Shown: positions 55,602 to 64,000 of the stretch, piece after piece | How the letters are laid out: the number at the start of each line of letters is the position of its first letter | Numbering within the stretch: position 1 is the first letter of the stretch | Notes under the pieces: model-generated | Databases searched by the model: none | What the model was told of the DNA's origin: nothing | What the model saw: the letters and a program-made list of their open reading frames with translations, nothing else | Translations under genes and position numbers: made by a program | Sequence record: PZ445487.1 | DNA length: 64,000 nucleotides | Strand: one strand, 5' to 3' | Source of the DNA: a phage

Positions 55602-58598
55602 TCAACCTTTCTTGCCCATCATGGACAACAGATTAACTCGACGTTTATGAGACCAACCAACCACATCCAAGATAGACTGAATTGGCTCTATAAAGGTCTT
55701 TTCAAACGTGGTGTGGTAATCCACCCATTTATCCAATCCCAATTCTGGAGGAAGGAAGTCAGGGAAGGCTATGCGATCATTCCCCACAGGATTGCCAGGT
55801 TTCAGGTTGATGATTTTAACCTTATCACCGGATTCGATAGGCGGAAGACCGAGATCTTCGTGCTTATCGATCAGCTTGTTGTACATAATACAAGCCTTGG
55901 CAGCAAAGTGCGTACCGCTGATGTAATTCCCGTTCGCGTCTAACCACTTCTCAATATCGCTCACACCAGATGCCTGAGCGATATCATCCACGGTGAGTTC
56001 CATATATTCCTTTTTGTATCCAGCGATTAATTCCTGAACCTCCGCCTCAGTACCGAGCAGGACTTTCTCATAACATTTGACAAGACGCTCACGACACCAT
56101 TCCGGCGTTGTAGATTTACGCGCTTCCAGACCTTTGAATTTGATCTTTGGTTTCTCATACTTGATGCCTTCGCTATCGTATACTGCCATGCAATACATCT
56201 TCTTGGCTCGCCATACAGCAGACGATGCGATGACCTCACGTTCCCAGACCATGCGCTGCTCAAACCCGTTCATGGTATTACACAGCAATTGCGCCCATTC
56301 ACTAGTTTTTGGTTGGTAATTCTCTTTGATCCATTGGTCGATGTTATCAACAAGTTTATGATGATCCTTTTCATCAGGCCATAATTGCTTGACCAGGCGT
56401 TCAATGCAAATATAATTGGAGTCTGTATCACCTGCGATAACAAAATCCTGACCAGTAGTACCACAAAGTTTGTTCAGATAATCATCAGTGTGGCGTTTGT
56501 TCCATTTATTGATCAGCTGGCCGGAAGTGGTAATTGCTTCAGCGATGTTGATGTTGAAGTATTCTTTAAACCAGACGTTAGAAATTGCACCATATCCTGC
56601 GTTCATCAAGATCTTCAGACCTTGTTGTAACGTATCTTGGGCAACTCCCAAATCTTCCCACTTGTGCATGACTTCGGTCAGGTGATCAAGGTCGATATGC
56701 TTGTGTTCTTCATACCATTCAGGATCGTAGAAACGAGACTTCATGGCGGATTCAAGGTGGAAATCACCTTTAGACATTTCCTTACACCAACCAGCCCATT
56801 GCTCATACTTCAGGCCAGTTGCTTTCTCTCCTTTACGGTCAGCGTATATGCCTCGCATAATTTCGGAAAGGAAGGACATCTTCTCATTACTGAAGAACTG
56901 AACGTTCGGGGTAAAAGAAACGTTATAACGGCGTAACGTTTCAAAATGGAATTCACCCAGCGCGACCAATTCATCAACAACTTGTATGCGTTCATCAATA
57001 GCACGCTGCAGCTTGTCGTGAAGATTTTTGAGATGACGGCGCTTGTTCATAGGCGTTGTCATATCATTCATCGCTTTGGTCAATTCTTCACACATGGACT
57101 CAATGATATCGCGACGTGTGTGCTTGTCAGAAACGATAGTCTCAGGACCAAGGTTGTATTGCTGTATGATGTGGGGATACAGGGAGTTTAAGTCCTCAGA
57201 GAATACCCAGAAATATATCCCTGGTGCAACCTCCATGACATATGCGCCTTCAAAGTCCGTTGGACCATCATATACACGCTGTATTTTAGGGACAATCCCC
57301 TTTTCATAAAGACGATAGTAACACATCGCCAGCCATGGTGCTACAGTCCCAAGACCGTCTTCATAGTTAGATTTGGTGCGATACGCCAATACGAACATCA
57401 GCTGTATCAAACGCAGCTTTTGTTCTAAACGCCACACGAGTTTGACGTCTTTGATACCATATCGGGTGTGTTTGCAATAATCATTAAAATATAGATCATA
57501 CAATGACTTGCTTTCACTATAATCCAACTTCTTCTCACCGAGTTCACAATAAGCGATCCAATCCAGTGAGTATTTTTCGCGGGTCGTGTACGTGTGTTTC
57601 TTGTAAACTTGCATGTAGTCCATCATAGGACAACCGACGAATTGATAAGAAGTCACGTCGCCTTTACGGTCTTTGATGAAACGTTTCTTGAGTTTGCTCC
57701 AAGGACTGAGACGCTCTGCCTGAGTTTCACCGAGAACCTGCGTAATACGTTCAACCAAGTACGGGCTATCAAACGTTTCGATGTTCCAGCCAGTCCAACC
57801 ATCAAATTGACGTTCAGACCAATAATCTAAGAAAGCGCGAAGAAGTTCTTGTTCAGTAGTGTATTCTTTGTATTCAACCTCAAGACCACCTATCTCTTCA
57901 TCATTTGGATCATATTTGAATTTATGGCGATCCTTAGAGCACGGCATACCCCAGACATAGAACTTGTTGGTGTTCATGTCTTGAAGCTGGATGAGCGTAA
58001 TAGGGAAGGCGGCATTCATGTTCTGTGTGATCTTCCCATTACTATCAATGATAGGGAACTGGTCAGTCACGTTGTTGGAAATAAAGGAACCTGGGAAATG
58101 CTCTCGAACGAAATCATGGTTGGCCAACACTTGCTTATGAAATCGGCGAACACGCGCCTCGCTCCCCTTAAACGTGTGGGATTCAATCGTCGCGTGAGGA
58201 AATGGACCTTTAGTCATTTCTCCATCGCGCCACCCAGCCGAGAAAACTTCGATATCCACGTTGGCGATGTGAATATTTGAGTAATCGGGGGTAATCATCC
58301 CAGGAAAACTATGCGCTATGAATTGATATGCATAATCCGTTTGCCCGTAAACGGCAGCGCCTTCGACCTCCTTATATTCCTCCAGATAGTTGTCGGCGTC
58401 ACGCATTGACGCAAATTTTTTAGACACCAACGGTTCATTGAGGAGGCCAATCTTTTCAACTTTGGAATAATCGGCTGTGGGTAAATACAAGGTGGGTTCG
58501 AATTTCTTACGCAACATACGGCGATTGCCGTTGTCGTCTGCAATACGAATCAGAAGGTCGTTACCCTGTCGGGCAACGTTCGTATAGAAAACAGTCAT
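55602..58598 (-). CDS. 43: B-family DNA polymerase (T4 gp43-like)
   Basis: N-terminus MTVFYTNVARQGNDLLIR parallels T4 gp43; exo motif VDIEVF, pol motifs DLNSLYPHII and IAGDTDSNY; start trimmed to ATG with GGAG RBS. Confidence 0.9.
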   Translation of the reverse strand: MTVFYTNVARQGNDLLIRIADDNGNRRMLRKKFEPTLYLPTADYSKVEKIGLLNEPLVSKKFASMRDADNYLEEYKEVEGAAVYGQTDYAYQFIAHSFPGMITPDYSNIHIANVDIEVFSAGWRDGEMTKGPFPHATIESHTFKGSEARVRRFHKQVLANHDFVREHFPGSFISNNVTDQFPIIDSNGKITQNMNAAFPITLIQLQDMNTNKFYVWGMPCSKDRHKFKYDPNDEEIGGLEVEYKEYTTEQELLRAFLDYWSERQFDGWTGWNIETFDSPYLVERITQVLGETQAERLSPWSKLKKRFIKDRKGDVTSYQFVGCPMMDYMQVYKKHTYTTREKYSLDWIAYCELGEKKLDYSESKSLYDLYFNDYCKHTRYGIKDVKLVWRLEQKLRLIQLMFVLAYRTKSNYEDGLGTVAPWLAMCYYRLYEKGIVPKIQRVYDGPTDFEGAYVMEVAPGIYFWVFSEDLNSLYPHIIQQYNLGPETIVSDKHTRRDIIESMCEELTKAMNDMTTPMNKRRHLKNLHDKLQRAIDERIQVVDELVALGEFHFETLRRYNVSFTPNVQFFSNEKMSFLSEIMRGIYADRKGEKATGLKYEQWAGWCKEMSKGDFHLESAMKSRFYDPEWYEEHKHIDLDHLTEVMHKWEDLGVAQDTLQQGLKILMNAGYGAISNVWFKEYFNINIAEAITTSGQLINKWNKRHTDDYLNKLCGTTGQDFVIAGDTDSNYICIERLVKQLWPDEKDHHKLVDNIDQWIKENYQPKTSEWAQLLCNTMNGFEQRMVWEREVIASSAVWRAKKMYCMAVYDSEGIKYEKPKIKFKGLEARKSTTPEWCRERLVKCYEKVLLGTEAEVQELIAGYKKEYMELTVDDIAQASGVSDIEKWLDANGNYISGTHFAAKACIMYNKLIDKHEDLGLPPIESGDKVKIINLKPGNPVGNDRIAFPDFLPPELGLDKWVDYHTTFEKTFIEPIQSILDVVGWSHKRRVNLLSMMGKKG

Positions 58599-58677
58599 TG
58601 TTTGTCTCCGGTTAACCGTGCCGTTAGCACGTCCCCGTAATTTAGCCGAGGAACGTTCAATGACCAAGGAGTTTATT

Positions 58678-59250
58678 ATGGCAATCCCCTTTGTGAGTAT
58701 GATCCCAGGGGCGCTCAAGCAACTCTGGAACCTCGGGACTGATTTGATCCAATACAAGCGGGAAGTTGTTCAGGCCAAACACGATGTCAAGCTAGAGGCT
58801 ATCAAGTCCTCCTCAGATTGGGAGCTGTCTAAGATCACCGAAGTCGGCGGGTCTTGGAAAGACGAATTCTGGACTATCGTGTTAGCTGTTCCCGCTATCC
58901 TCGTCATGACTGCTCCGGTTGTGGAACTAATTCTGTTCCCTGATGAGTATCATAAAGGGGATTTCATCAAAGCAGTAATCGACGGCCTCCAGGCGCTCGA
59001 TACCGCACCTGAATGGTATACCTATTCGTTATTGACAGCAATTAGTGCATCATTCGGTATCAAGGGGTATAACCATTACAAAAGCAACAGCCGGAAGGCG
59101 CAAGCTGTGGATGCTCTCAAGCAGTTTGGGGTCAAAGTGGTTAACAAAGATCCCACTGTTGTTACTCAGTCGGGTTCTCCCGATCTTGAGTCTGCTCCCC
59201 CAGCTGGGTCTACTGCGACCTCTGGTGCGTGGCCTGATCTGAAGAAATAA
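58678..59250 (+). CDS. hypothetical membrane-associated protein
   Basis: AAGGAG RBS before ATG (MAIPFVSMIPG); one TM helix; diverges from polymerase gene. Confidence 0.45.
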   Translation: MAIPFVSMIPGALKQLWNLGTDLIQYKREVVQAKHDVKLEAIKSSSDWELSKITEVGGSWKDEFWTIVLAVPAILVMTAPVVELILFPDEYHKGDFIKAVIDGLQALDTAPEWYTYSLLTAISASFGIKGYNHYKSNSRKAQAVDALKQFGVKVVNKDPTVVTQSGSPDLESAPPAGSTATSGAWPDLKK

Positions 59251-59253
59251 GTT

Positions 59254-59280
59254 AGAGGGGAGGAAACTCCCCTTTCTTTT
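59254..59280 (+). terminator. putative rho-independent terminator
   Basis: GAGGGGAGGAAACTCCCCTTTCTTTT; approximate. Confidence 0.5.
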
Positions 59281-59291
59281 GGTGTTAAGGA

Positions 59292-59504
59292 ATGAAAGTG
59301 GTAAACAAGAGATTGCTGGTCACCCAAGGCGGGGCGACGATAGTGAGAGGAAGGATTTACGAACAGATTCAGCTGGGTGATCATAAGACACGCCTGACTG
59401 TCAAAGCACCGGACGGCGGATGGCCCACAAAGGTGGTTGTCCCCGACGGCCTCATAGAACGAGGGAAAGCAGTGTACAAAGGAGCAGAGTTCAAAATTTA
59501 TTAA
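59292..59504 (+). CDS. hypothetical protein
   Basis: 70-aa ORF. Confidence 0.4.
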   Translation: MKVVNKRLLVTQGGATIVRGRIYEQIQLGDHKTRLTVKAPDGGWPTKVVVPDGLIERGKAVYKGAEFKIY

Positions 59505-59599
59505 AATATTTATTGAATAAAGTTTACTTCTTCAATAACTGGCGTATACTTCTAATTGTAGTACGAACAAACAACAATCTGAAGAGAAGGAAATACATC

Positions 59600-60157
59600 A
59601 TGGCAATCGAAATTATCGCTCAATCTAAATCCGGCAAAACTGTATTGTTCGGCACCGAAGAAGGCCGTGTAATCACCACTTTGGGCACAGTTGACGGCAG
59701 CAACCCCGTAAAAGGCGGTCGCTTCCTGGTTGAGTACGGTTCTCGTGTCGTGATGGTAAGTAAAATTGATGGGCGTGATATCACCGCTCCTCGTCAAGAA
59801 TTCTTTGATTCACGTTCTGCCGCCATGCAATTCTTTCTCTTCCAGAAACGTCATGAACTCTTTGTAGAAGCGAAAGACGCAGGTCTGGACGACGAAACGG
59901 CTGAGCTGATTGCCGAAGGTAAAATGACTCTTGAGACTGCTCTGGGAGACATGGATTGCGAAGCCGAAGCGCATTATATTGAATATTCCGCATATCAGAA
60001 CGAATGTGAAGATGATCCGGAAGACGACGGATTCGACCCTGACCTCCACGGCGGCGAAGACGATAACACCCCTTCCTTAGAAGTTCTGATGGCTGGCGGC
60101 CAGGCCGCTTGGGAATGGCAGAACGAGAAGAACGCCTGGCTGGATTCCCGTATCTAA
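59600..60157 (+). CDS. hypothetical acidic protein
   Basis: track ORF 59420-60157 trimmed to ATG (MAIEIIAQSK) downstream of a promoter-like TTCAATAA region. Confidence 0.45.
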   Translation: MAIEIIAQSKSGKTVLFGTEEGRVITTLGTVDGSNPVKGGRFLVEYGSRVVMVSKIDGRDITAPRQEFFDSRSAAMQFFLFQKRHELFVEAKDAGLDDETAELIAEGKMTLETALGDMDCEAEAHYIEYSAYQNECEDDPEDDGFDPDLHGGEDDNTPSLEVLMAGGQAAWEWQNEKNAWLDSRI

Positions 60158-60159
60158 TT

Positions 60160-60182
60160 GACTGAAGCCCCTTCGGGGGCTT
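60160..60182 (+). terminator. rho-independent terminator (GAAGCCCC-TTCG-GGGGCTT)
   Basis: same hairpin type as the gene 32 terminator. Confidence 0.55.
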
Positions 60183-60205
60183 ACTTTGAACTGAAGGACT
60201 ATATC

Positions 60206-60358
60206 ATGATTTTAATCTTATGGTTTGTATTCACATTTCTGGCCATGGCCGACATCGGCAAGTATCACGTTCTCCCAAGCGACCTGACCGTCCTGCTATA
60301 CGGCATAGTTTCGTTTGTGCTGGGTTCCTTGCGCGCCCATATGAGGACTATATCATGA
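60206..60358 (+). CDS. small membrane protein
   Basis: GAAGGA RBS before ATG (MILILWFVFTFLAMADIG). Confidence 0.4.
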   Translation: MILILWFVFTFLAMADIGKYHVLPSDLTVLLYGIVSFVLGSLRAHMRTIS

Positions 60359-60897
60359 GCACCCCAAAAACTCCTGTCCGTATCGCTGTTGAGCCTCTGC
60401 TGGTTGATGCTGAGAATGCTGCTGAGCAGTACGCGAACAAAATCATCAAGAACATAATGGACGATCTAGCATCCAACGGCTGGGACGTTGAGAAGTGCGC
60501 TCCGTGGCCATCTTCGGTTGGCGTCAAGTTTGGTGATCCAGATTACCAACGAATGAAATCAAAACACGCACTCTACCGTTCTTTGACCCAGGCAGTGAAT
60601 CCTTCTTACACACCTGGGAAGCCGGATATTGTCAAAGCTGATCCTGAACGCCATGCTCTATTTGTCAAGGAAGCACGTCGAAACGCTGCGATGCAATATG
60701 AGTCTTTCATTTGTAAACTGGAAGACAAAATTGGTGGGCACAGCGCGGCTGTGCTGAATGGTTCCCATATATGGGGTTATTCAATCCTAACCGTGACTAC
60801 ACCAGAGGGGATCGAGCGCTGGAAGACTCAGACGATTATCAATGTGTCCAAGCTGGGCAAACTCTTTAACCAATATCCAACGAGGAAGGTGAAATGA
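60355..60897 (+). CDS. hypothetical protein
   Basis: track ORF 60220-60897 trimmed to ATG (MSTPKTPV) with ATGA overlap. Confidence 0.45.
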   Translation: MSTPKTPVRIAVEPLLVDAENAAEQYANKIIKNIMDDLASNGWDVEKCAPWPSSVGVKFGDPDYQRMKSKHALYRSLTQAVNPSYTPGKPDIVKADPERHALFVKEARRNAAMQYESFICKLEDKIGGHSAAVLNGSHIWGYSILTVTTPEGIERWKTQTIINVSKLGKLFNQYPTRKVK

Positions 60898-61268
60898 TGA
60901 AAAACTTCGCACAAGAATTACAGACTACGATTGACCAGGCTCAGATTTGGGAAGCCATGGGGATAGTTGAAAAAGCCGTTGATATCTTTGTTTGCAAAAT
61001 GAAGAAGCAACTCGTTTCCCAAGCAAATCGCGGAGTTGAAATTGATGACATGGTGTACGCTGTTGGTGGCCACAGGTTTGACGAAATATTAACCGCATTT
61101 CAACAGGCATATAAGTCTCAAAAATACCCAACAGACAAGCAAGTCGAAAAGTTCAAAACATTGTTGGTGGCGAGTCTTCTGAAGGAAGGTTTGAAGTTCG
61201 AATTACACAAGGATGAAAGAACAGATGTCGTAACAATGAGATTCACAGTACACACAAACGATATCTAA
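60894..61268 (+). CDS. hypothetical protein
   Basis: 124-aa ORF. Confidence 0.45.
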   Translation: MMKNFAQELQTTIDQAQIWEAMGIVEKAVDIFVCKMKKQLVSQANRGVEIDDMVYAVGGHRFDEILTAFQQAYKSQKYPTDKQVEKFKTLLVASLLKEGLKFELHKDERTDVVTMRFTVHTNDI

Positions 61269-61290
61269 AACAAAGGGGCATTAAGCCCCT
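61264..61290. terminator. bidirectional terminator at convergent gene junction
   Basis: AAAGGGGCATTAAGCCCCTTTGTTTATTT between plus gene end 61268 and minus gene end 61295. Confidence 0.55.
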
Positions 61291-61294
61291 TTGT

Positions 61295-61753
61295 TTATTT
61301 CCCATCCCAAAAGTCGTCTTCATCGTCTACTTCATCAAACGCAGAATCCAATTCTTCGTCAGAGTACTCTGGAAGACGACCATTCTGTTTCAGATATTCA
61401 ATTTCGTCATCTTCCAATTGAAGATCCGTGGCTATAAACAGCGCCCCTGTTTCTTCATCGTGCTCAATACTGTAAGATGTATATTCAGCACCCTGGACTG
61501 TAATGATGATAGACGTCGGGTCTTCTGGGTCCACATGGGCTTCAAACGGGATACCGTCAATCGGGGCGTCCTCTAAAAATGTAGCAAGAGCTACGGCGGC
61601 GCGGACGACGTCTGTCCCTTGCACGGAAGCATAAATCTCTTCAGCGCCTGTTTCCCCGCGCTCAAAGAATTCAATCGTAGTCCCGTCTTGAACACCAGTC
61701 CAGATAGGCATGTCTGCTGGGGAATCCGCTTCAAATAATTTCGAAATTGGCAT
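61295..61753 (-). CDS. hypothetical acidic protein
   Basis: 152-aa ORF with D/E-rich termini. Confidence 0.45.
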   Translation of the reverse strand: MPISKLFEADSPADMPIWTGVQDGTTIEFFERGETGAEEIYASVQGTDVVRAAVALATFLEDAPIDGIPFEAHVDPEDPTSIIITVQGAEYTSYSIEHDEETGALFIATDLQLEDDEIEYLKQNGRLPEYSDEELDSAFDEVDDEDDFWDGK

Positions 61754-61788
61754 GGTAATGTCCTCTTGAATAAACCGCTTTGGACTAT

Positions 61789-62238
61789 TTAGGCTTCTCT
61801 GGTCGCCAACCCTGGCTTAAACACCACCATTTCCTCAACGTTATTGGCACTCATAGAGGCTATAGAATCGAACCCTTTGTTGATAAGTTCTTTCACATTA
61901 TCATGTATCTTACCAGGCTTTATCCCCAACTCTCGCATTTTATTTTCCCACACCGAAACATTGTTGGAATCTATTACAAGAGTCTTCTTGGCCTTGACAC
62001 GAAATGCCATGACAATAGGTTCACCAGATTGACGATAGCGCACGGCATTTTCTGCGTAGATCTGTGCCTTTTCTGGATCCCCCGTCAGGTAAAACCCAGC
62101 ACCCATCGTACCAGAGTCAGTCTGGCCAAATTTTTCAAAATCAAAGATATCGAATTCAACATTAGACCCATGATACAAAACGATATTCGTAAAATCAGGT
62201 AACGTTGATTCGCGATAAAATTCTAGAAAGGTTTTCAT
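61789..62238 (-). CDS. hypothetical protein, possible ADP-ribosyltransferase-fold (H-G-S motif)
   Basis: IVLYHGSNVEF followed by GAGFYLTGD and EEMVVF resembles KptA/Tpt1 and PARP-like H-G-[ST] / Y / E elements; tentative. Confidence 0.35.
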   Translation of the reverse strand: MKTFLEFYRESTLPDFTNIVLYHGSNVEFDIFDFEKFGQTDSGTMGAGFYLTGDPEKAQIYAENAVRYRQSGEPIVMAFRVKAKKTLVIDSNNVSVWENKMRELGIKPGKIHDNVKELINKGFDSIASMSANNVEEMVVFKPGLATREA

Positions 62239-62277
62239 AGATACCCCACACTGGTCGTATGGGGTATTTAGGATGGA

Positions 62278-63471
62278 TTAGCTGGGGACAAACTCATTCA
62301 CAGGAACATGTTCAGGTATTGATAATTCAGGACAAGCAGCTTTCATCGCTTCCAGATATGGCTTGCTACCCACGATCCAAAACAATGAGTTCTCATTAAG
62401 CAATTCTGGTTTGTGTTCCTGTATCCATGTCATCACCTTCCCTTCATAACGAGGATGCAACTCAATATCTCCCCACTGGTAATCCATGAGGTCGTTGTAA
62501 CGAACCCAATTAGTGGTATGAAGATCCCAATGGTGTACCTCAAAACGAGGAAGCACGATATCCGGCTCGTTCTTTGGCCTGATACCACTTAGGAGGCCAG
62601 CCAGCGAAACGCTCTTAGAGGCATGCTGGAGATCCTTCTTACCATACACATAGTCTGGGTTGTCGTGATAGCGACGAGTGAAATCAGTTATGTGAGGGAG
62701 GTTTGCTTGCTTACCGATAATGCGCAAACGACTTTCAATGAAATCTAATCGGTTTGGGCCAATCCCGATCAGATAAACATTCTTCAGATTTGGTTTCGGA
62801 TGCATCGCCAAACCTGTCAGGATACTGGTGCATGAATTACAAGAACCAGCAGGAATGATCAGATCAGTGATATGGTCTGGGATATTGGCAACCTGCTCGC
62901 CACCCAGCATATGGAATCCAGCAATGCGTTCTGGTGAATGAACGGTATGATCCAATGTAATGCCATATTCCAGATAATACGCCTTTGGATTTAATTGTTC
63001 AATGAGTTTCTTACAGCGCGGCTGAATGGTGCTATTGTAACCAGATCCAACAAAGTTGAACTCACTACCAAACCATGCTGACATTGAAACCATATCATGA
63101 TTCATGCATGTGGTTGGTTTAGTGGCACCCAGCACAGTGGTTGTCTTACCGCCGAAATGCCGTGAGACTGCCGTCGCCATAGGGGACTGCGGACTACCAA
63201 CGACAGTACCATGGATAAGATCTGGGGATCCTCCAGCTTTCAGATGCTCCATCATGAGCCAGATGGCCTGACGGAGTTTGCTGCCATTGATCCCCTGCTT
63301 GCCATTCATATAGCATGACAAAGGCGCGAAGTAATCTTCACGTTTGAACCAAACCTGCTGATTGGTTTCTGGATTGGCAATGAGTTCGCACGGGGTGTGT
63401 TTGTAGAGATAATCTTCCCAATGAACCAGATCGCGGTTGAGGGAAAGAGTATCGAAGATGGTTTTGTTCAT
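62278..63471 (-). CDS. PLP-dependent enzyme, fold type II (ACC deaminase/D-cysteine desulfhydrase-like)
   Basis: GINGSKLRQA candidate PLP-lysine motif; Gly/Ser-rich loop IIPAGSCNSCTS; 397 aa. Confidence 0.5.
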   Translation of the reverse strand: MNKTIFDTLSLNRDLVHWEDYLYKHTPCELIANPETNQQVWFKREDYFAPLSCYMNGKQGINGSKLRQAIWLMMEHLKAGGSPDLIHGTVVGSPQSPMATAVSRHFGGKTTTVLGATKPTTCMNHDMVSMSAWFGSEFNFVGSGYNSTIQPRCKKLIEQLNPKAYYLEYGITLDHTVHSPERIAGFHMLGGEQVANIPDHITDLIIPAGSCNSCTSILTGLAMHPKPNLKNVYLIGIGPNRLDFIESRLRIIGKQANLPHITDFTRRYHDNPDYVYGKKDLQHASKSVSLAGLLSGIRPKNEPDIVLPRFEVHHWDLHTTNWVRYNDLMDYQWGDIELHPRYEGKVMTWIQEHKPELLNENSLFWIVGSKPYLEAMKAACPELSIPEHVPVNEFVPS

Positions 63472-63540
63472 TCTATTTCTCCTGTAGGCATTGGCTTATC
63501 ATAGCGTATCTACAGGAGTATAGAAAAGGAGAATCTCAGA

Positions 63541-63990
63541 TTACTTAGTCAGGAAGTCCAGCAGACGGCGGAAGAACGATTTGCGATCTACTGGTTTCTT
63601 CGATTCCGGTACAGGATATTGAAGGATAGGTGGGAGTTCAGGGTATCCACCAGGGAAACATTTATCCAGATCATTTAAACTACAACTGGCCAGAGGAGTC
63701 GGCTTCAAAGATTTAATTGCCTGATTCAAATCGGAATTATCCACGACACCCACTTCTTCACCGACCGTAACGCATGGTTTGATTAGAACGGATTTCTTAG
63801 ATTGCTCATATTGATGAGCGATATCCAGATATTTCTTGCGCTCTGCGTAGAAATCAACATTCTTTACTTTACGGCGGCGAGCAGTAGAACTCTCTTCACC
63901 ATAGAAATCATAACCATTTTTGAATAACCAATTCACGGCTTGCTCAAATGAATTGAATACCATATACAGGCCGCGCCGCCCGTTGACCAT
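63541..63990 (-). CDS. hypothetical protein (5-prime end may extend beyond window)
   Basis: 149-aa ORF running to the window edge. Confidence 0.35.
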   Translation of the reverse strand: MVNGRRGLYMVFNSFEQAVNWLFKNGYDFYGEESSTARRRKVKNVDFYAERKKYLDIAHQYEQSKKSVLIKPCVTVGEEVGVVDNSDLNQAIKSLKPTPLASCSLNDLDKCFPGGYPELPPILQYPVPESKKPVDRKSFFRRLLDFLTK

Positions 63991-64000
63991 ATCGTCTTCG

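Noticed and set aside
56027-57309. Multiple short ORFs on both strands within the DNA polymerase gene
   Set aside because: All lie inside the 55602-58598 polymerase ORF, which has conserved motifs throughout
58490-58505. GGGTTCGAAT, a tRNA T-arm-like motif
   Set aside because: Lies inside the polymerase coding sequence with no acceptor or anticodon stem context; no intergenic gap in the window is long and structured enough for a tRNA
1-64000. CRISPR arrays, integrase/transposase, rRNA
   Set aside because: No spacer-repeat periodicity, no recombinase or transposase motifs and no rRNA-like stretches were seen; the window is almost entirely phage protein-coding sequence

Overview
Dense, almost entirely protein-coding window (about 100 genes, no rRNA/tRNA/CRISPR/transposase seen) that reads as the replication, recombination and nucleotide-metabolism region of a T4-like lytic myovirus. 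All calls rest on motif and collinearity recognition from memory of T4 proteins; no database search was run. Hand-indexed coordinates (regulatory sites, small ORFs) are approximate to a few nt; CDS coordinates follow the ORF track, with starts trimmed by in-frame offset where an RBS-supported ATG was visible. Gene layout: mainly plus-strand genes 1051-21368, a long minus-strand block 21369-58598, a short plus block 58678-61268, then minus again. Recognisable core genes: gp32 SSB, UvsX, gp41 helicase, DNA ligase, gp59-like loader, B-family DNA polymerase, two-subunit topoisomerase II (gp39 and gp52), rIIA and probable rIIB, dCMP deaminase, dNMP kinase, RuvC-like resolvase, and a baseplate-hub/tape-measure-like block. 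Most interesting: (1) two candidate modules for pyrimidine (thymidine-type) DNA hypermodification: a nucleotide-level module at 8870-11686 (P-loop kinase, thymidylate-synthase-family enzyme with a long C-terminal extension, dNMP kinase, NTP pyrophosphatase) and a polymerase-adjacent module at 51203-55204 (large novel protein, P-loop kinase, NT5C-like nucleotidase) with a fold-type-II PLP enzyme at 62278-63471; (2) a lone QueC-like PP-loop ATPase; (3) macro-domain, NADAR-like and ADP-ribosyltransferase-fold-like proteins suggesting ADP-ribosylation chemistry or counter-defence; (4) a LemA plus Cys-rich membrane protein pair; (5) a recurring TTCAATAAA promoter box, in three places embedded in a terminator hairpin whose loop carries the -10 hexamer; (6) small membrane ORFs below the 60-aa track cutoff.
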